A stretch of 64,000 nucleotides of DNA from Rubricoccaceae bacterium (lineage in GTDB: Bacteria; Bacteroidota; Rhodothermia; Rhodothermales; Rubricoccaceae): positions 276,797 through 340,796 of the forward strand of contig CAWEQE010000002.1 of NCBI GenBank assembly GCA_963811175.1. Direction: 5' to 3'. Shown here piece by piece: positions 8,828 through 18,198 of the stretch; the stretch's first letter is position 1; every line of letters starts with the position of its first letter. Both the position numbers and the translations under genes were made by a program. The notes below the pieces were generated by a model. It worked only from the letters and a program-made list of their open reading frames with translations. It was not told where the DNA came from and did not search any database.

Positions 8828-9392
8828 TTACCGGGTTGCATCGTAGAGCCGGAGAATCAGCAGAGTGATTGATGCAACTCTGGATGCAATTTCTACGCCA
8901 TCTCGAAACGTGAACGGTTCACCTAGGTCCTCGTATGTCACGTCGAGTTCTACGAGGTCGTCGTTCTGGAGCACGGGATGGTTCTGGGGTTCGCGGAACG
9001 CCTGCTCCGTGGTCGCCTCGTAGATCACATCGCGGCCTCCCCCTCCCGTGGCCCGGAGGACTCCGGACGAACGCCTCGGTGATCTGGCGGTCGGTCTCTT
9101 CGGAGGTCGGGACGCCGCCGGAAAGGACCAAAAGCTGGGTGAGCGAGGTCCCTCGCTGGAGTCGGTAGATCCCGTTCCGGGCCCCCTCTCCAGCCATGAA
9201 GACCTCAATGGTCGGGGCGCCGGCCTCCGTAAAGATGAAGTACGCGGTGCCGGAAGTTTGGAGGTCTTCGGTTACGGGTCCATCGTACACCTGCGCGTTG
9301 GCGGGGAGGGCGTACGTGGCAGCGAGGAGGCAGAGCGCGAGGGCGGCGCTGGATACGGATCGGGCGCCGCCCTTGAAGCGGAGAGTCATCAT
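8828..9392 (-). pseudogene. SLBB-domain polysaccharide export accessory protein, +1 frameshift at ~9063
   Basis: Signal peptide plus GIYRLQRGTSLTQLLVLSGG in one frame and ...VLQNDDLVEL...TM in another. Removing one base at 9063-9064 joins them (GTC CGA GTC CTC; ~187 aa). Confidence 0.7.
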
Positions 9393-11752
9393 TAGGCTTC
9401 GTTCGGGGCCTTCGGCTGGCGCCGGCTGAGACGGAGCTTCTTCTTCGCCGGGGTCGATCCGTAGGCGCCGTACGACCCGCCGGGGCCGTACTTCGAGTAC
9501 GGGCCGTAGCGGGAGTAGTGGCCGTACGTGTAGGCGTAGCCGAGGGCGTTCTTGAGCGAGAACTTGTTGAGAACGGCGCCGACCACGCGAGCGCCGACAT
9601 CCGAGAGATGGGAGAGCGCTTGCTCGATGTCGCCCGCCTTCGTCTTCCCGGCGCTGGCGACGAGGATCGTCGCGTCCGCCTGCGTGGCCAGGAGCACGGC
9701 GTCGGTCGCGGCCAGCACTGGGGGCGTATCGATCACGACCACGTCGACGATCTCGTGGAGTGCCTGGAGGAGCTCTCGGAAGTCGGACGACCCGAGAAGC
9801 TCAGACGGGTTGTTCACGCGGGCCCGGCCGTCGTCTGGATCGGTAGCCCCGGCTTCGGCCGCGATGGCGCCAGTCGGGACGACGTAGAGGTCATCAATGG
9901 GACCCTTGAACGATCCGTCCAGCCACGTGCGGAGGGTCTCAGGGTCGGTACGCTTCGTCGAGAGGATCTGAGCGAGCCCCGGCGTCGGCGCCGTCCCGAA
10001 CACGTCATGGATGCGGGGACGGCGAATGTCGGCGTCGAGGAGGAGGGTCCGGCGCCCGGCCTGGGCGAACGTGACGGCGAGGTTCGAGGCCGTCGTCGAC
10101 TTGCCTTCGCCAGCCCCCGCGCTGGAGACGAGGATCGTCCGCACGAGGACGTCGGGGCGGCTGAACTGGATCGCTGTCCGGAGATGCCGGTACGTCTCGG
10201 AGGCCGGCGAGAGCGGGGCATGGAGCGCGATCAGCTCGGAGGCGATCGGGACTCCGTTCGCCTCGATGGTCGCGGCCCCGTCGTACTCGTCCTCGATCAC
10301 CGAGGTGAGATCGGGGACGGCTTCGAGGACGGGGACCCCGAGCGCTGCGATGTGCTCCGGCTTGTGGATTCGGTTGTCGATCTTGTCGCGGCCGACGGCG
10401 AGCGCGATCCCGAGCCCGAGCCCGCCGAGCAGCGCCAGCGCGAGCGTCTTGTACGGGTTCGTTCCGGTCGGGAGCACGGGCGGCGTCGCCTCGCGGAGGA
10501 CGCGGGCGTAGCCCGGCTCCGACTCCTCCTGGACGCGGACCTGCTGGAGCTGGCTGACGACGTTCTGGTACATCCCGACCACCTGATCGCGGTCGCGAGC
10601 CACACGGCCCATCGCCGTCGTCTGAGACGGGACCCGGCCCAGCTCACGCTCGAGCTCGCCGATCCGTCGGTTGAGCACGCCGATCTGGCCCTCGATCCCA
10701 TCGATCTGGATCTGCTCCTGGGACGCACTGGACTTGAGGTCGGTGACGAACGAGAGCGCCGTCTGGGGGGCCACCACGCCCCCGGCGTCGAGCGCCTCCC
10801 GCGCGAACTCGCCAGCGAGCGTCTGCTTCTCGCGCTCGAGCGAGGCGATCTGGCGCTGGATTTCCTGTGCGCGCCCACTCACACTCTCCCCCCGAGCGAT
10901 TCGGGGCTGGAACGTCGTGCGGTACTCCGTTTCGAGTTGGGCCAGTTGCGCATCGATCTGCTGGATGCGGCGCTCACTGTTAGACGACATCCGGTCCGCG
11001 AGGCGCGGGGCGATGTCGCCGAGCTGGTCGTTGATCGACTGGAGGCGGTACCGGCTCGTCTGGAGCGCGATCTGAGCCTCGTCGCGCTGGGCTTTGAGGC
11101 TGGCGAGCTGGGTGATGAGCGAGCTCGCACCGAGGGCCGCCGTGCCCTGGGACTCCATCTGGCCCTCCACTTCCCCTTCCGCCTCGTTCAACTCCCCCCG
11201 GAGCCGGTCGGCCTGCTCCTCCAAGAACTTGCGGGTGTCCGTCAGGTAGCTCCGGCTGGCCGTCTGGGTCTGCGACACGTACTCCTCGGCGTAGGCGTTC
11301 GCCAGCGCGGCGGCGGCCTGCGGGTCCGTGCTGGTGGCCGTGATCTGGATGGCGCTCGCCACGTCTCGGGTCGCCTGCGAGAACCCGACGTTCCCCGGCA
11401 GATCTCCTCCGAACCGGTTCATGACGCGCTCCCGAATCCCGAGCGACGAGTTGAGAACGAACAGCTCCGTTGACACGGAGCGGTTGGCGCGGACGAAGGG
11501 GCCGGCCTCGGTGACGGTGCTGGCCTCACTCCCCTGTGCCCGGCTGAGATCGACGAGGACGTAGGCCGCCGTCTGGTACATCGGCGTCTGCGTGAACACG
11601 TATGCGACCGACAAAGCCAGCATGACCGCGACGGAGGCCACGACGATCCAGCGGCGGCGGTAGAGGACGTCGAGGATCTCCTCGATCTGTCGCTTGCGGG
11701 AACTCGCCCGTGGAGCGGTGCGGCGAGGGACGGGGGACGGGTCGTTGGTCAT
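9392..11752 (-). CDS. wzc: Wzc/GumC-type polysaccharide co-polymerase with BY-kinase domain
   Basis: Two TMs flanking a coiled coil; SETYRHLRT, Walker A GAGEGKST, LLLDADIRRP, VIDTPP, and a C-terminal Tyr cluster YAYTYGHYSRYGPYSKY. Start MTNDP at 11752. Confidence 0.92.
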   Translation of the reverse strand: MTNDPSPVPRRTAPRASSRKRQIEEILDVLYRRRWIVVASVAVMLALSVAYVFTQTPMYQTAAYVLVDLSRAQGSEASTVTEAGPFVRANRSVSTELFVLNSSLGIRERVMNRFGGDLPGNVGFSQATRDVASAIQITATSTDPQAAAALANAYAEEYVSQTQTASRSYLTDTRKFLEEQADRLRGELNEAEGEVEGQMESQGTAALGASSLITQLASLKAQRDEAQIALQTSRYRLQSINDQLGDIAPRLADRMSSNSERRIQQIDAQLAQLETEYRTTFQPRIARGESVSGRAQEIQRQIASLEREKQTLAGEFAREALDAGGVVAPQTALSFVTDLKSSASQEQIQIDGIEGQIGVLNRRIGELERELGRVPSQTTAMGRVARDRDQVVGMYQNVVSQLQQVRVQEESEPGYARVLREATPPVLPTGTNPYKTLALALLGGLGLGIALAVGRDKIDNRIHKPEHIAALGVPVLEAVPDLTSVIEDEYDGAATIEANGVPIASELIALHAPLSPASETYRHLRTAIQFSRPDVLVRTILVSSAGAGEGKSTTASNLAVTFAQAGRRTLLLDADIRRPRIHDVFGTAPTPGLAQILSTKRTDPETLRTWLDGSFKGPIDDLYVVPTGAIAAEAGATDPDDGRARVNNPSELLGSSDFRELLQALHEIVDVVVIDTPPVLAATDAVLLATQADATILVASAGKTKAGDIEQALSHLSDVGARVVGAVLNKFSLKNALGYAYTYGHYSRYGPYSKYGPGGSYGAYGSTPAKKKLRLSRRQPKAPNEA

Positions 11753-12142
11753 GGGGATAGCAGCAGATAAGAGCCGCGAGCGTAGGTCTCGGGAACGCAC
11801 GATACCGAGCAGGACTCGCGCCACCCTCCCGGGTCGGGCTCAACAGGCATGGGTTTTTGGCGCACGTAATCCGGTCCTGGACGATCTATTCATCTTTCCG
11901 GTCGAAGTCGGCGGTCTTGTCCGTCGCGTGTCTCAACGAGCGAACAGAGCACACTCTCGATTGATCCGCGAGACATGACACCCCACAAAACTGTCACTTC
12001 GGAGACCTTTCCTGGCTCGTTTGGGGAATCCAGACGGAGCCTGGTCATCTGACGGGAACGGTCTGGCGCGAGCGCGATCCGCTAACGAGAATCGCTGGCC
12101 AACAGGACGAAACCGCCGAAGCCGTTCCTCCGAACCGAGCGT

Positions 12143-12880
12143 TTACGTCTGCGGACTACGGAAGGGGGGGAGGTCGCAGCTCTCCCGGTTCGGTCCAACC
12201 GCTGGACCCGAATCGTCACACATGGTCCCCTCGGGCATCCGCTCAATGACGAACAGGCCCGCTGGGATGGCCAGAAGTCCGAGCCACCACGGGACTCGTG
12301 TCGCCGGAGTGATCGTGGCGGAGACGGGGACGGCCGGAACGCCGGACGCCGCGATGGGAGCGAACGGCTGCGGGTTCTGAGGAGAGATCGGGAGGATGGG
12401 CGTCTTCGGGATCGGCGCCGGCCGGTCCCGAGGCGTCACCTCACGTCTCGACGCGACCTCACCCGGGGTTTTTACGCGCGGCCGCCGGCTCGATACGTCA
12501 GAACTCGACCCGCGTAACAGACCGAGGGGCGTGTACGAGGAATCGCAGCAGCAGCACGTCCGGATCACGACGCGCACCCGGTCGCGGGCGCCGTCCGGCG
12601 GCGTCTCGTCCGGGCCGTAGGGGATTCGGTAGGCCTCAGCCCCTGTTGAATCGCAATCGCCAGGGATGACTTGGACGTCGAGGTCGAGCGGGATCGCACC
12701 GTCTGGGAGTGGGCCTCCGGCCACGGCTGCCTGAACGCCCCCGCCAGCCGCGAATCCTCGTTCGATGTCGGTTGCGTCCCCGCAGGTCGAGGCCACCAGG
12801 ACGAGAGACAGACCTAGAGCGAGGCCGCCAGCGAGGTGCTGGAGTCGGGAGCTCCGATAGAAGGGGCGGGCGTAAGCCAT
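12143..12880 (-). CDS. Hypothetical exported/membrane protein with CCCC motif and Pro-rich linker
   Basis: N-terminal hydrophobic segment, RTCCCCDS, Pro-rich region, and a second hydrophobic segment PWWLGLLAIPAGLFVI. Confidence 0.55.
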   Translation of the reverse strand: MAYARPFYRSSRLQHLAGGLALGLSLVLVASTCGDATDIERGFAAGGGVQAAVAGGPLPDGAIPLDLDVQVIPGDCDSTGAEAYRIPYGPDETPPDGARDRVRVVIRTCCCCDSSYTPLGLLRGSSSDVSSRRPRVKTPGEVASRREVTPRDRPAPIPKTPILPISPQNPQPFAPIAASGVPAVPVSATITPATRVPWWLGLLAIPAGLFVIERMPEGTMCDDSGPAVGPNRESCDLPPFRSPQT

Positions 12881-13210
12881 GGGGATTGAAGCGATGGGAT
12901 GGGAGAACCGCTCTCAAGGTTGGTGTCTTGGGAGGTCGCCCGGCGCATTGGGAGATCACAACGCAATCCGGGGTCCGCACTTGGAAACTCTCCAGATAGG
13001 AGGCACGAGCAGTAGACGCTCCGTTCCCGAATACGCAGCCAATGGCCCCGGTGTTCTCCGAGGACGGCTGCGGGCCGATTCCGGAACGTTCGCGGGGCGG
13101 CCCTCCGCCCTCTCAATGCTGGCCTCCCCCCACCTGTGCAGCAGGTCAGACCATTCGCCCCCCGAGGATGCCGCTACGTCTTCCGTGCATCCCGCTCCCC
13201 AACCGCCGTC

Positions 13211-13247
13211 GCTCCCGGTCCAGGTTCGGCGACTCTGGACCGGGAGC
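13211..13247. terminator. 13-bp hairpin directly downstream of tRNA-Ser
   Basis: GCTCCCGGTCCAG ... CTGGACCGGGAGC perfect inverted repeat. Confidence 0.55.
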
Positions 13248-13334
13248 GGAGAGAGAGGGATTCGAACCCTCGGTACCGGGAACCGGCACACGCGCTTTCC
13301 AGGCGCGCCCCTTCAGCCACTCGGGCACCTCTCC
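13247..13334 (-). tRNA. tRNA-Ser(GGA)
   Basis: GGAGAGGTGCCCGAGTGGCTGAAGG...GCGCGC-CTGGAAA-GCGCGT, long variable arm, GGTTCGAATCC T-loop, acceptor stem CTCTCC-G; CCA not encoded. Confidence 0.95.
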
Positions 13335-13423
13335 AGTAGGCAGACGGCGAAAGCTAAAAGACCGAGAGGAGGCGCGGTTGGAAGGGACCGCAAAATCGAG
13401 CCGCCGGCCTGTTGCCGTCAGCG

Positions 13424-13993
13424 TCAGACGGTCATGATGTCCTTCTCCTTCTCCTCCAGGCGGGCGTCGATGCGTTTCACGTAGCGGTCCGTCAGCTCTT
13501 GGAGAGTGCCCTCCGCCTCGTACTCCATGTCTTCTGAGAGCGACTCCGAGGTGGCGGTTTTCTTGATCCCCTCCTTGGCCTGGCGGCGCGCGTTGCGGAC
13601 CGAGATCTTGGCCTCCTCCCCCTTGGCACGGGCGTTCTTGGCGAGATCGCGACGGCGCTCCTCGGTCAGCGGGGGAATCGAGAGGAGGATCTGCTGGCCG
13701 TTGTTGGTCGGGTTGAGACCGAGGTTGGCGTTCGTGATTCCTTTCTCGATGGCCCCGATCGTGTTCTTGTCGTACGGCGCGACCGTGAGCAGGTCGGCCT
13801 GGGGCGCGGCCACGTTGGCGACCTGATTGAGCGGGACGGTGGTGCCGTAGGCGTCCACGCGGACCCCGTCGAGCATCTGGGGGTTGGCGCGGCCGGCACG
13901 GATCGAGGACAGCTCGTGGGCGAGGTGGTCGAGAGCGGCATCCATCTGCATCTCGGCCTCGTCGAGGACTTCTTGGAGCGTCGGGTCAAACAT
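13424..13993 (-). CDS. frr: Ribosome recycling factor
   Basis: IRAGRANP, IPPLTEERR, ISVRNARR. Confidence 0.97.
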   Translation of the reverse strand: MFDPTLQEVLDEAEMQMDAALDHLAHELSSIRAGRANPQMLDGVRVDAYGTTVPLNQVANVAAPQADLLTVAPYDKNTIGAIEKGITNANLGLNPTNNGQQILLSIPPLTEERRRDLAKNARAKGEEAKISVRNARRQAKEGIKKTATSESLSEDMEYEAEGTLQELTDRYVKRIDARLEEKEKDIMTV

Positions 13994-14034
13994 CGGTCGT
14001 GAGAGAGGAGGACGGGCGGCGGCCGCCGGGGGAG

Positions 14035-14844
14035 CTAGAGAGCGGCCAGGACGAGCGGCTCGGCGTCGGGGTCCCAGTGGACCGTCGTGCCGACGGGCTC
14101 GCCGCGGAGGACGCGCGCGAAGGTGCCCGGCTGGTTCATGTTGAAGACGAGGATCGGGAGCCCGCTCTCTTTGGCGAGCGTGACGGCCGTGAGGTCCATG
14201 ACCTTGAGGTCCTTCTGGATCACCTCGCCGCCGTAGATGGTCTCGAACCGACGGGCCGTCGTGTCTCGCTCGGGGTCGGCCGTGAACACGCCGTCGACGC
14301 GAGTGCCTTTGAGGATGACTTCGGCGTCGACCTCGGCGGCGCGGAGCGCGGCGGCGGTGTCGGTCGAGAAGTAGGGGTGGCCGGTGCCGGCCCCGAACAC
14401 GACCACGCGGCCCTTTTCGAGGTGCCGGATGGCGCGACGCCGGATGAACGGCTCCGCGATCTCGTTCATGTCGATGGCCGAGATCAGCCGGGTGTGGAGG
14501 CCAACGCCCTCCAGCGCGTCCTGGAGCGCCATCCCGTTGATCATCGTCGCCAGCATCCCCATGTAGTCGGCGTGGGCGCGGCTGGACATCTCCTGCCCCT
14601 GCGGCGAGACGCCTCGGAAGATGTTGCCTCCGCCGATGACGAGGGCCACCTGCGCGCCCGCCTCGACGGCCTCCTTCACGTCGGCGGCATACTGGGACAG
14701 CACCGCGTGGTCGATCCCGAACTCCTTCGACCCGAGGAGGGCCTCGCCGCTCAGCTTGAGCAGGACGCGGCGATAGCGGAGGGCGCCGTTTCCGGACGGA
14801 GACCGGTGGGTCGATGCGGGCGCGTCGTCGGCCTCGGGGGGCAT
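14035..14844 (-). CDS. pyrH: UMP kinase
   Basis: [41 protein letters not shown]. Start MPPEA at 14844 approximate. Confidence 0.96.
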   Translation of the reverse strand: MPPEADDAPASTHRSPSGNGALRYRRVLLKLSGEALLGSKEFGIDHAVLSQYAADVKEAVEAGAQVALVIGGGNIFRGVSPQGQEMSSRAHADYMGMLATMINGMALQDALEGVGLHTRLISAIDMNEIAEPFIRRRAIRHLEKGRVVVFGAGTGHPYFSTDTAAALRAAEVDAEVILKGTRVDGVFTADPERDTTARRFETIYGGEVIQKDLKVMDLTAVTLAKESGLPILVFNMNQPGTFARVLRGEPVGTTVHWDPDAEPLVLAAL

Positions 14845-14967
14845 GGCAGGAGGGAAAGCGAGAGCCGGGGCGGGGCGGCCCAAAGGTACGGCGCGGTGCT
14901 CGAGCGGGGCAACGAGACAGCGCGGCGTCGGCAGCGGTTTACCTTGCCGCCCCTCGCCCCCGGTCTG

Positions 14968-15534
14968 ATGGCCTCTTCCCCGACTCCGCCCCGCTCCGGC
15001 TCCCGCGAAGCCACCCGGCGCGCGCTGCTCGACGGCGCGCGCCGCCTGTTTTCGCAGCACGGCTACGACTACGTCGGCGTCCGCGAGATCGCGGCGACGG
15101 CCGACGTCAACGCGGCGCTCATCAACCGCTACTTCGGCTCCAAGCTCGGCCTGTTCGAGGAGGCCGTCGGCGAGAGCTTCACGATCGGCGACCTCCTCAT
15201 GGGAGACCGGGCCACGCTGGGCGACCGCCTCGCACGCTACCTTGCTCGGCCGCGCCGCACAGGCTTCGACCCGACCCTCGTCCTGCTCCGCTCGGCCGCG
15301 TCTCCGGAGGCCGGCGGCGTGCTCCGCGACGCCCTCGCCGAGCAGGTAGCCGCACCGCTGGCGGACTGGCTCGGCGCCGCCGACGCACACGAGCGGGCCG
15401 GACTCGTCGTGGCGATGCTCTTCGGGTTCGCACTCACACGCGACGTGCTCGGCGTCTCGCCGCTCGCCGACAGAGACGCCGAGGCCGTCACGCGGCACCT
15501 CGGCGCCGTCTTCCAGCGACTCATCGACGGCTGA
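14968..15534 (+). CDS. TetR-family transcriptional regulator
   Basis: [45 protein letters not shown]. Confidence 0.9.
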   Translation: MASSPTPPRSGSREATRRALLDGARRLFSQHGYDYVGVREIAATADVNAALINRYFGSKLGLFEEAVGESFTIGDLLMGDRATLGDRLARYLARPRRTGFDPTLVLLRSAASPEAGGVLRDALAEQVAAPLADWLGAADAHERAGLVVAMLFGFALTRDVLGVSPLADRDAEAVTRHLGAVFQRLIDG

Positions 15535-15637
15535 CGAGCGGCAGGCGAAGAGTCGGCGCGCGCTCGTGCCCCGCCGTCCCGGCGCTCGCTCTACTCCCCC
15601 GCCAGCCCGACGTAGACGCGGCGTCCCGAGAGGCCAC

Positions 15638-15670
15638 AAAAAAGCCCGCCCGACATCGTGCCGGGCGGGC
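15638..15670 (-). terminator. Rho-independent terminator after tsf
   Basis: GCCCGCCCG/CGGGCGGGC stem followed by T6 on the minus strand. Confidence 0.75.
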
Positions 15671-15693
15671 CCCTTCTGGTCCAGGGAAGGCCG

Positions 15694-16527
15694 TCAGCCG
15701 CCGAGGGCGAAGCGGACGAAGCGGGTGAGGCTGGCGTCGTTCTTCTTGAGCATCTGCTCGACGGTCATCGAGGAGTCCTTGACGAACGGCTGCTCCACGA
15801 GCACGTTGTCCTTGAAGTACCGGGTCAGCTTGCCCTCGGCGATCTTGTCGAGGATCTGGTCCGGCTTGCCCTCGGCACGGGCCTGCTCACGGCCGATCTC
15901 GCGCTCCTTGTCCTGCACGTCCTGCGGGACGTCGGCGCGGGTGGCGGCGACGGGGTTCATGGCGGCGGCCTGCATGGCCACGTCGCGGCCGGCCTCCTCC
16001 AGATCGCCCGAGCCGGTCATCTCGACGAGCACGCCGAGCTTGGCGCCGGGGTGGATGTAATCGACGACGGTCCCACCGTCGGTCGCCTCCACGATCTCGA
16101 AGCGGCGGAGATCGATCTTCTCGCCGATCTTGCCCGTCATCTGGGTGAGGGCCTCGCCGAGGGGCTGGCCCTCGAGTTGGACGCTCGTGCGGGCGGCCTC
16201 CACGTCGGCCGGACGGGCCGCCAGCAGGGCGTCGGCGACGGTCTGGGCGAACGTGACGAACTGGTCGTTGCGGGCGACGAAGTCGGTCTCGGAGTTGATC
16301 TCGGCGATCACGCCCGCGTCGCCGCTCGCGGTGGTGGCGGTGACGACGGCACCCTCGGTGGCCTCGCGGTCGGCGCGCTTGGCGGCCACCTTCTGGCCCT
16401 TCTTGCGGAGGATCTCGACGGCCTGCTCGAAGTCGCCGTCGGCCTCGACGAGCGCCTTCTTGCAGTCCATCATGCCGACGCCGGTCTGCTCGCGGAGCTT
16501 CTTGACGTCCTGTGCGGAAATAGCCAT
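15694..16527 (-). CDS. tsf: Elongation factor Ts
   Basis: MAISAQDVKKLREQTGVGMMDCKKAL, SETDFVARN. Confidence 0.97.
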   Translation of the reverse strand: MAISAQDVKKLREQTGVGMMDCKKALVEADGDFEQAVEILRKKGQKVAAKRADREATEGAVVTATTASGDAGVIAEINSETDFVARNDQFVTFAQTVADALLAARPADVEAARTSVQLEGQPLGEALTQMTGKIGEKIDLRRFEIVEATDGGTVVDYIHPGAKLGVLVEMTGSGDLEEAGRDVAMQAAAMNPVAATRADVPQDVQDKEREIGREQARAEGKPDQILDKIAEGKLTRYFKDNVLVEQPFVKDSSMTVEQMLKKNDASLTRFVRFALGG

Positions 16528-16570
16528 GTCTGTAGAGTCTGAGTGAGTGGTCTGAGAGAGGAGAGGCCCG

Positions 16571-16650
16571 ATGCGTGGATGCGTGACCCGTGAGGGCGCT
16601 CTGCCGCGACGCCGGGGTCGGGAGAGGCACGCATCACGGATCACGCATCC
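16571..16650. repeat. Heptamer-repeat inverted element between rpsB and tsf
   Basis: ATGCGTG-G-ATGCGTG-ACCCGTG ... CACGCAT-CACGGAT-CACGCAT. Confidence 0.65.
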
Positions 16651-16684
16651 GGTGCCCGCTCGTCGGCGGGCGAGAGGCGGAGGA

Positions 16685-17521
16685 CTAGCCGTTCGCCTTG
16701 TCGGACGCCTCGGCGTCGGCGAGCGTGGTGACGGGCTCCTTCTCCTCGGTCGCGCCGTCGTCGCCCTTCTCGGCCTCGTCGGCAGCTTCGGCGGCGCGGG
16801 TGGCGGCCTCGACGGCGGCCTCCTCGCGCTGCGCGAGCCCCGTCTGGCGGCCCTCGATGATGGCGTCGGCGATGACGCGCGTGAAGAGCGCCACCGACTT
16901 CATGGCGTCGTCGTTGGCCGGGATCGGGAAGTCGACGAGGTCGGGGTCGACGTTGGAGTCGACGAGGGCGATCACCGGGATGTTCAGCTTGCGGGCCTCG
17001 TCCACGGCGATGTGCTCGCGCTTCACGTCGACGACGAAGAGGGCGCCGGGCAGCTTGCCCATGTCCGAGATGCCGCCGAGGACGCGGTCGAGCTTCTCGA
17101 GCTCGCGGCTCCGCATGAGGCGCTCCTTCTTCTTGAGCTGCGCGGTGGTCCCATCGGTCTCCTCGCGGCGGAGCGTCTCCATGCGGCGGAGGCTCCCGCG
17201 GATCGTCGAGAAGTTGGTGAGCATCCCGCCCAGCCAGCGGTCGACGGCGAACGGCATCCCGGCGCGCTCGGCCTCCTCGCGGACCACGTTCTGCGCCTGC
17301 TTCTTGGTGCCGACGAAGAGGATGTCGCGGCCGCGGGCGGCGAACCGGGCGGCGGCGTCGGCGGCCTCGTCGAGGCGGGCCTGCGTCTGCTTGAGGTCGA
17401 GGATGTGGATCCCGTTCCGCTGCATGAAGATGAACGGGGCCATCTTCGGGTTCCACCGGCTGGTGAGGTGCCCGAAGTGGGCGCCAGCGCGGAGGAGGTC
17501 TTCGATTGGGACGCGTGCCAT
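16685..17521 (-). CDS. rpsB: 30S ribosomal protein S2
   Basis: [37 protein letters not shown]. Confidence 0.98.
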   Translation of the reverse strand: MARVPIEDLLRAGAHFGHLTSRWNPKMAPFIFMQRNGIHILDLKQTQARLDEAADAAARFAARGRDILFVGTKKQAQNVVREEAERAGMPFAVDRWLGGMLTNFSTIRGSLRRMETLRREETDGTTAQLKKKERLMRSRELEKLDRVLGGISDMGKLPGALFVVDVKREHIAVDEARKLNIPVIALVDSNVDPDLVDFPIPANDDAMKSVALFTRVIADAIIEGRQTGLAQREEAAVEAATRAAEAADEAEKGDDGATEEKEPVTTLADAEASDKANG

Positions 17522-17722
17522 GAGAGTCGTGGGGGTGTGCGCCGCGGGGGCGCGGGTTGTGCCTGGCCCCGCCGTCGGCCGCGCTGGCGATCTCGGCGGC
17601 CGAGGCCGCGCGAGACACCCGCCAGCGCGTCGGGCGGGGTGTGGGATAAAGGACCAGCAGCTCGCGGCCGGCGGCCCGTGGCTCCAAGCCGCCAGTCGGC
17701 GGCCAACAGCCTGTGAAGCGGT

Positions 17723-18112
17723 TTAGCGCTTCGAGAACTGGAACTTCTTGCGGGCCTTCGGCTGGCCGGGCTTCTTCCGCTCCACCATGCGCGGGTCGCG
17801 CGTGAGGTAGCCGGCGTCGCGGAGCGGCTTGCGGAGGTCCTCGTTGAAGTCGACGAGGGCGCGGGCGATCCCGAGCTGGATGGCCTCGGCCTGTCCGGTG
17901 AGCCCACCGCCCTTGGCGTTGACGAGGACGTCGAACTGGCCGCGGAGCTCGGTGAGGTCGAGCGGCGCCGTGGCCGAGGCCTGGCGGATCGGCGTCGGGA
18001 GGTACTCCGCGAGCGGGCGCTTGTTGACGACGACGTTGCCGGCGCCGGGGCGGAGGTAGACGCGGGCGACCGACGTCTTGCGGCGGCCGACGGCCTGGTA
18101 CTGGGTTGCCAT
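17723..18112 (-). CDS. rpsI: 30S ribosomal protein S9
   Basis: GRRKTSVARV, RDPRMVERKKPGQPKARKKFQFSKR. Confidence 0.98.
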   Translation of the reverse strand: MATQYQAVGRRKTSVARVYLRPGAGNVVVNKRPLAEYLPTPIRQASATAPLDLTELRGQFDVLVNAKGGGLTGQAEAIQLGIARALVDFNEDLRKPLRDAGYLTRDPRMVERKKPGQPKARKKFQFSKR

Positions 18113-18125
18113 AAGTAGGGGAGGA

Positions 18126-18198
18126 GTCAGTTGTCAGGAATTCAGTCTTCAGTCGTCGCTGGAGGTCTTACCGAACTCTGACGACTGACAACTGACGA
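18126..18198. repeat. Heptamer-repeat inverted element between rplM and rpsI
   Basis: GTCAGTT-GTCAG ... CTGACGA-CTGACAA-CTGACGA; 12-bp perfect complement. Confidence 0.6.

Noticed and set aside
9518-11473. 651-aa plus-strand ORF
   Set aside because: Antisense shadow of wzc, a common high-GC artefact.
12240-12300. PEP-CTERM-type sorting signal in the CCCC protein
   Set aside because: No VPEP motif or basic terminal cluster, and a ~30-aa tail follows the TM.
12960-12980. GG-N8-TTGC sigma54-like spacing upstream of the CCCC gene
   Set aside because: Lacks the TGGCAC core; likely chance in GC-rich DNA.
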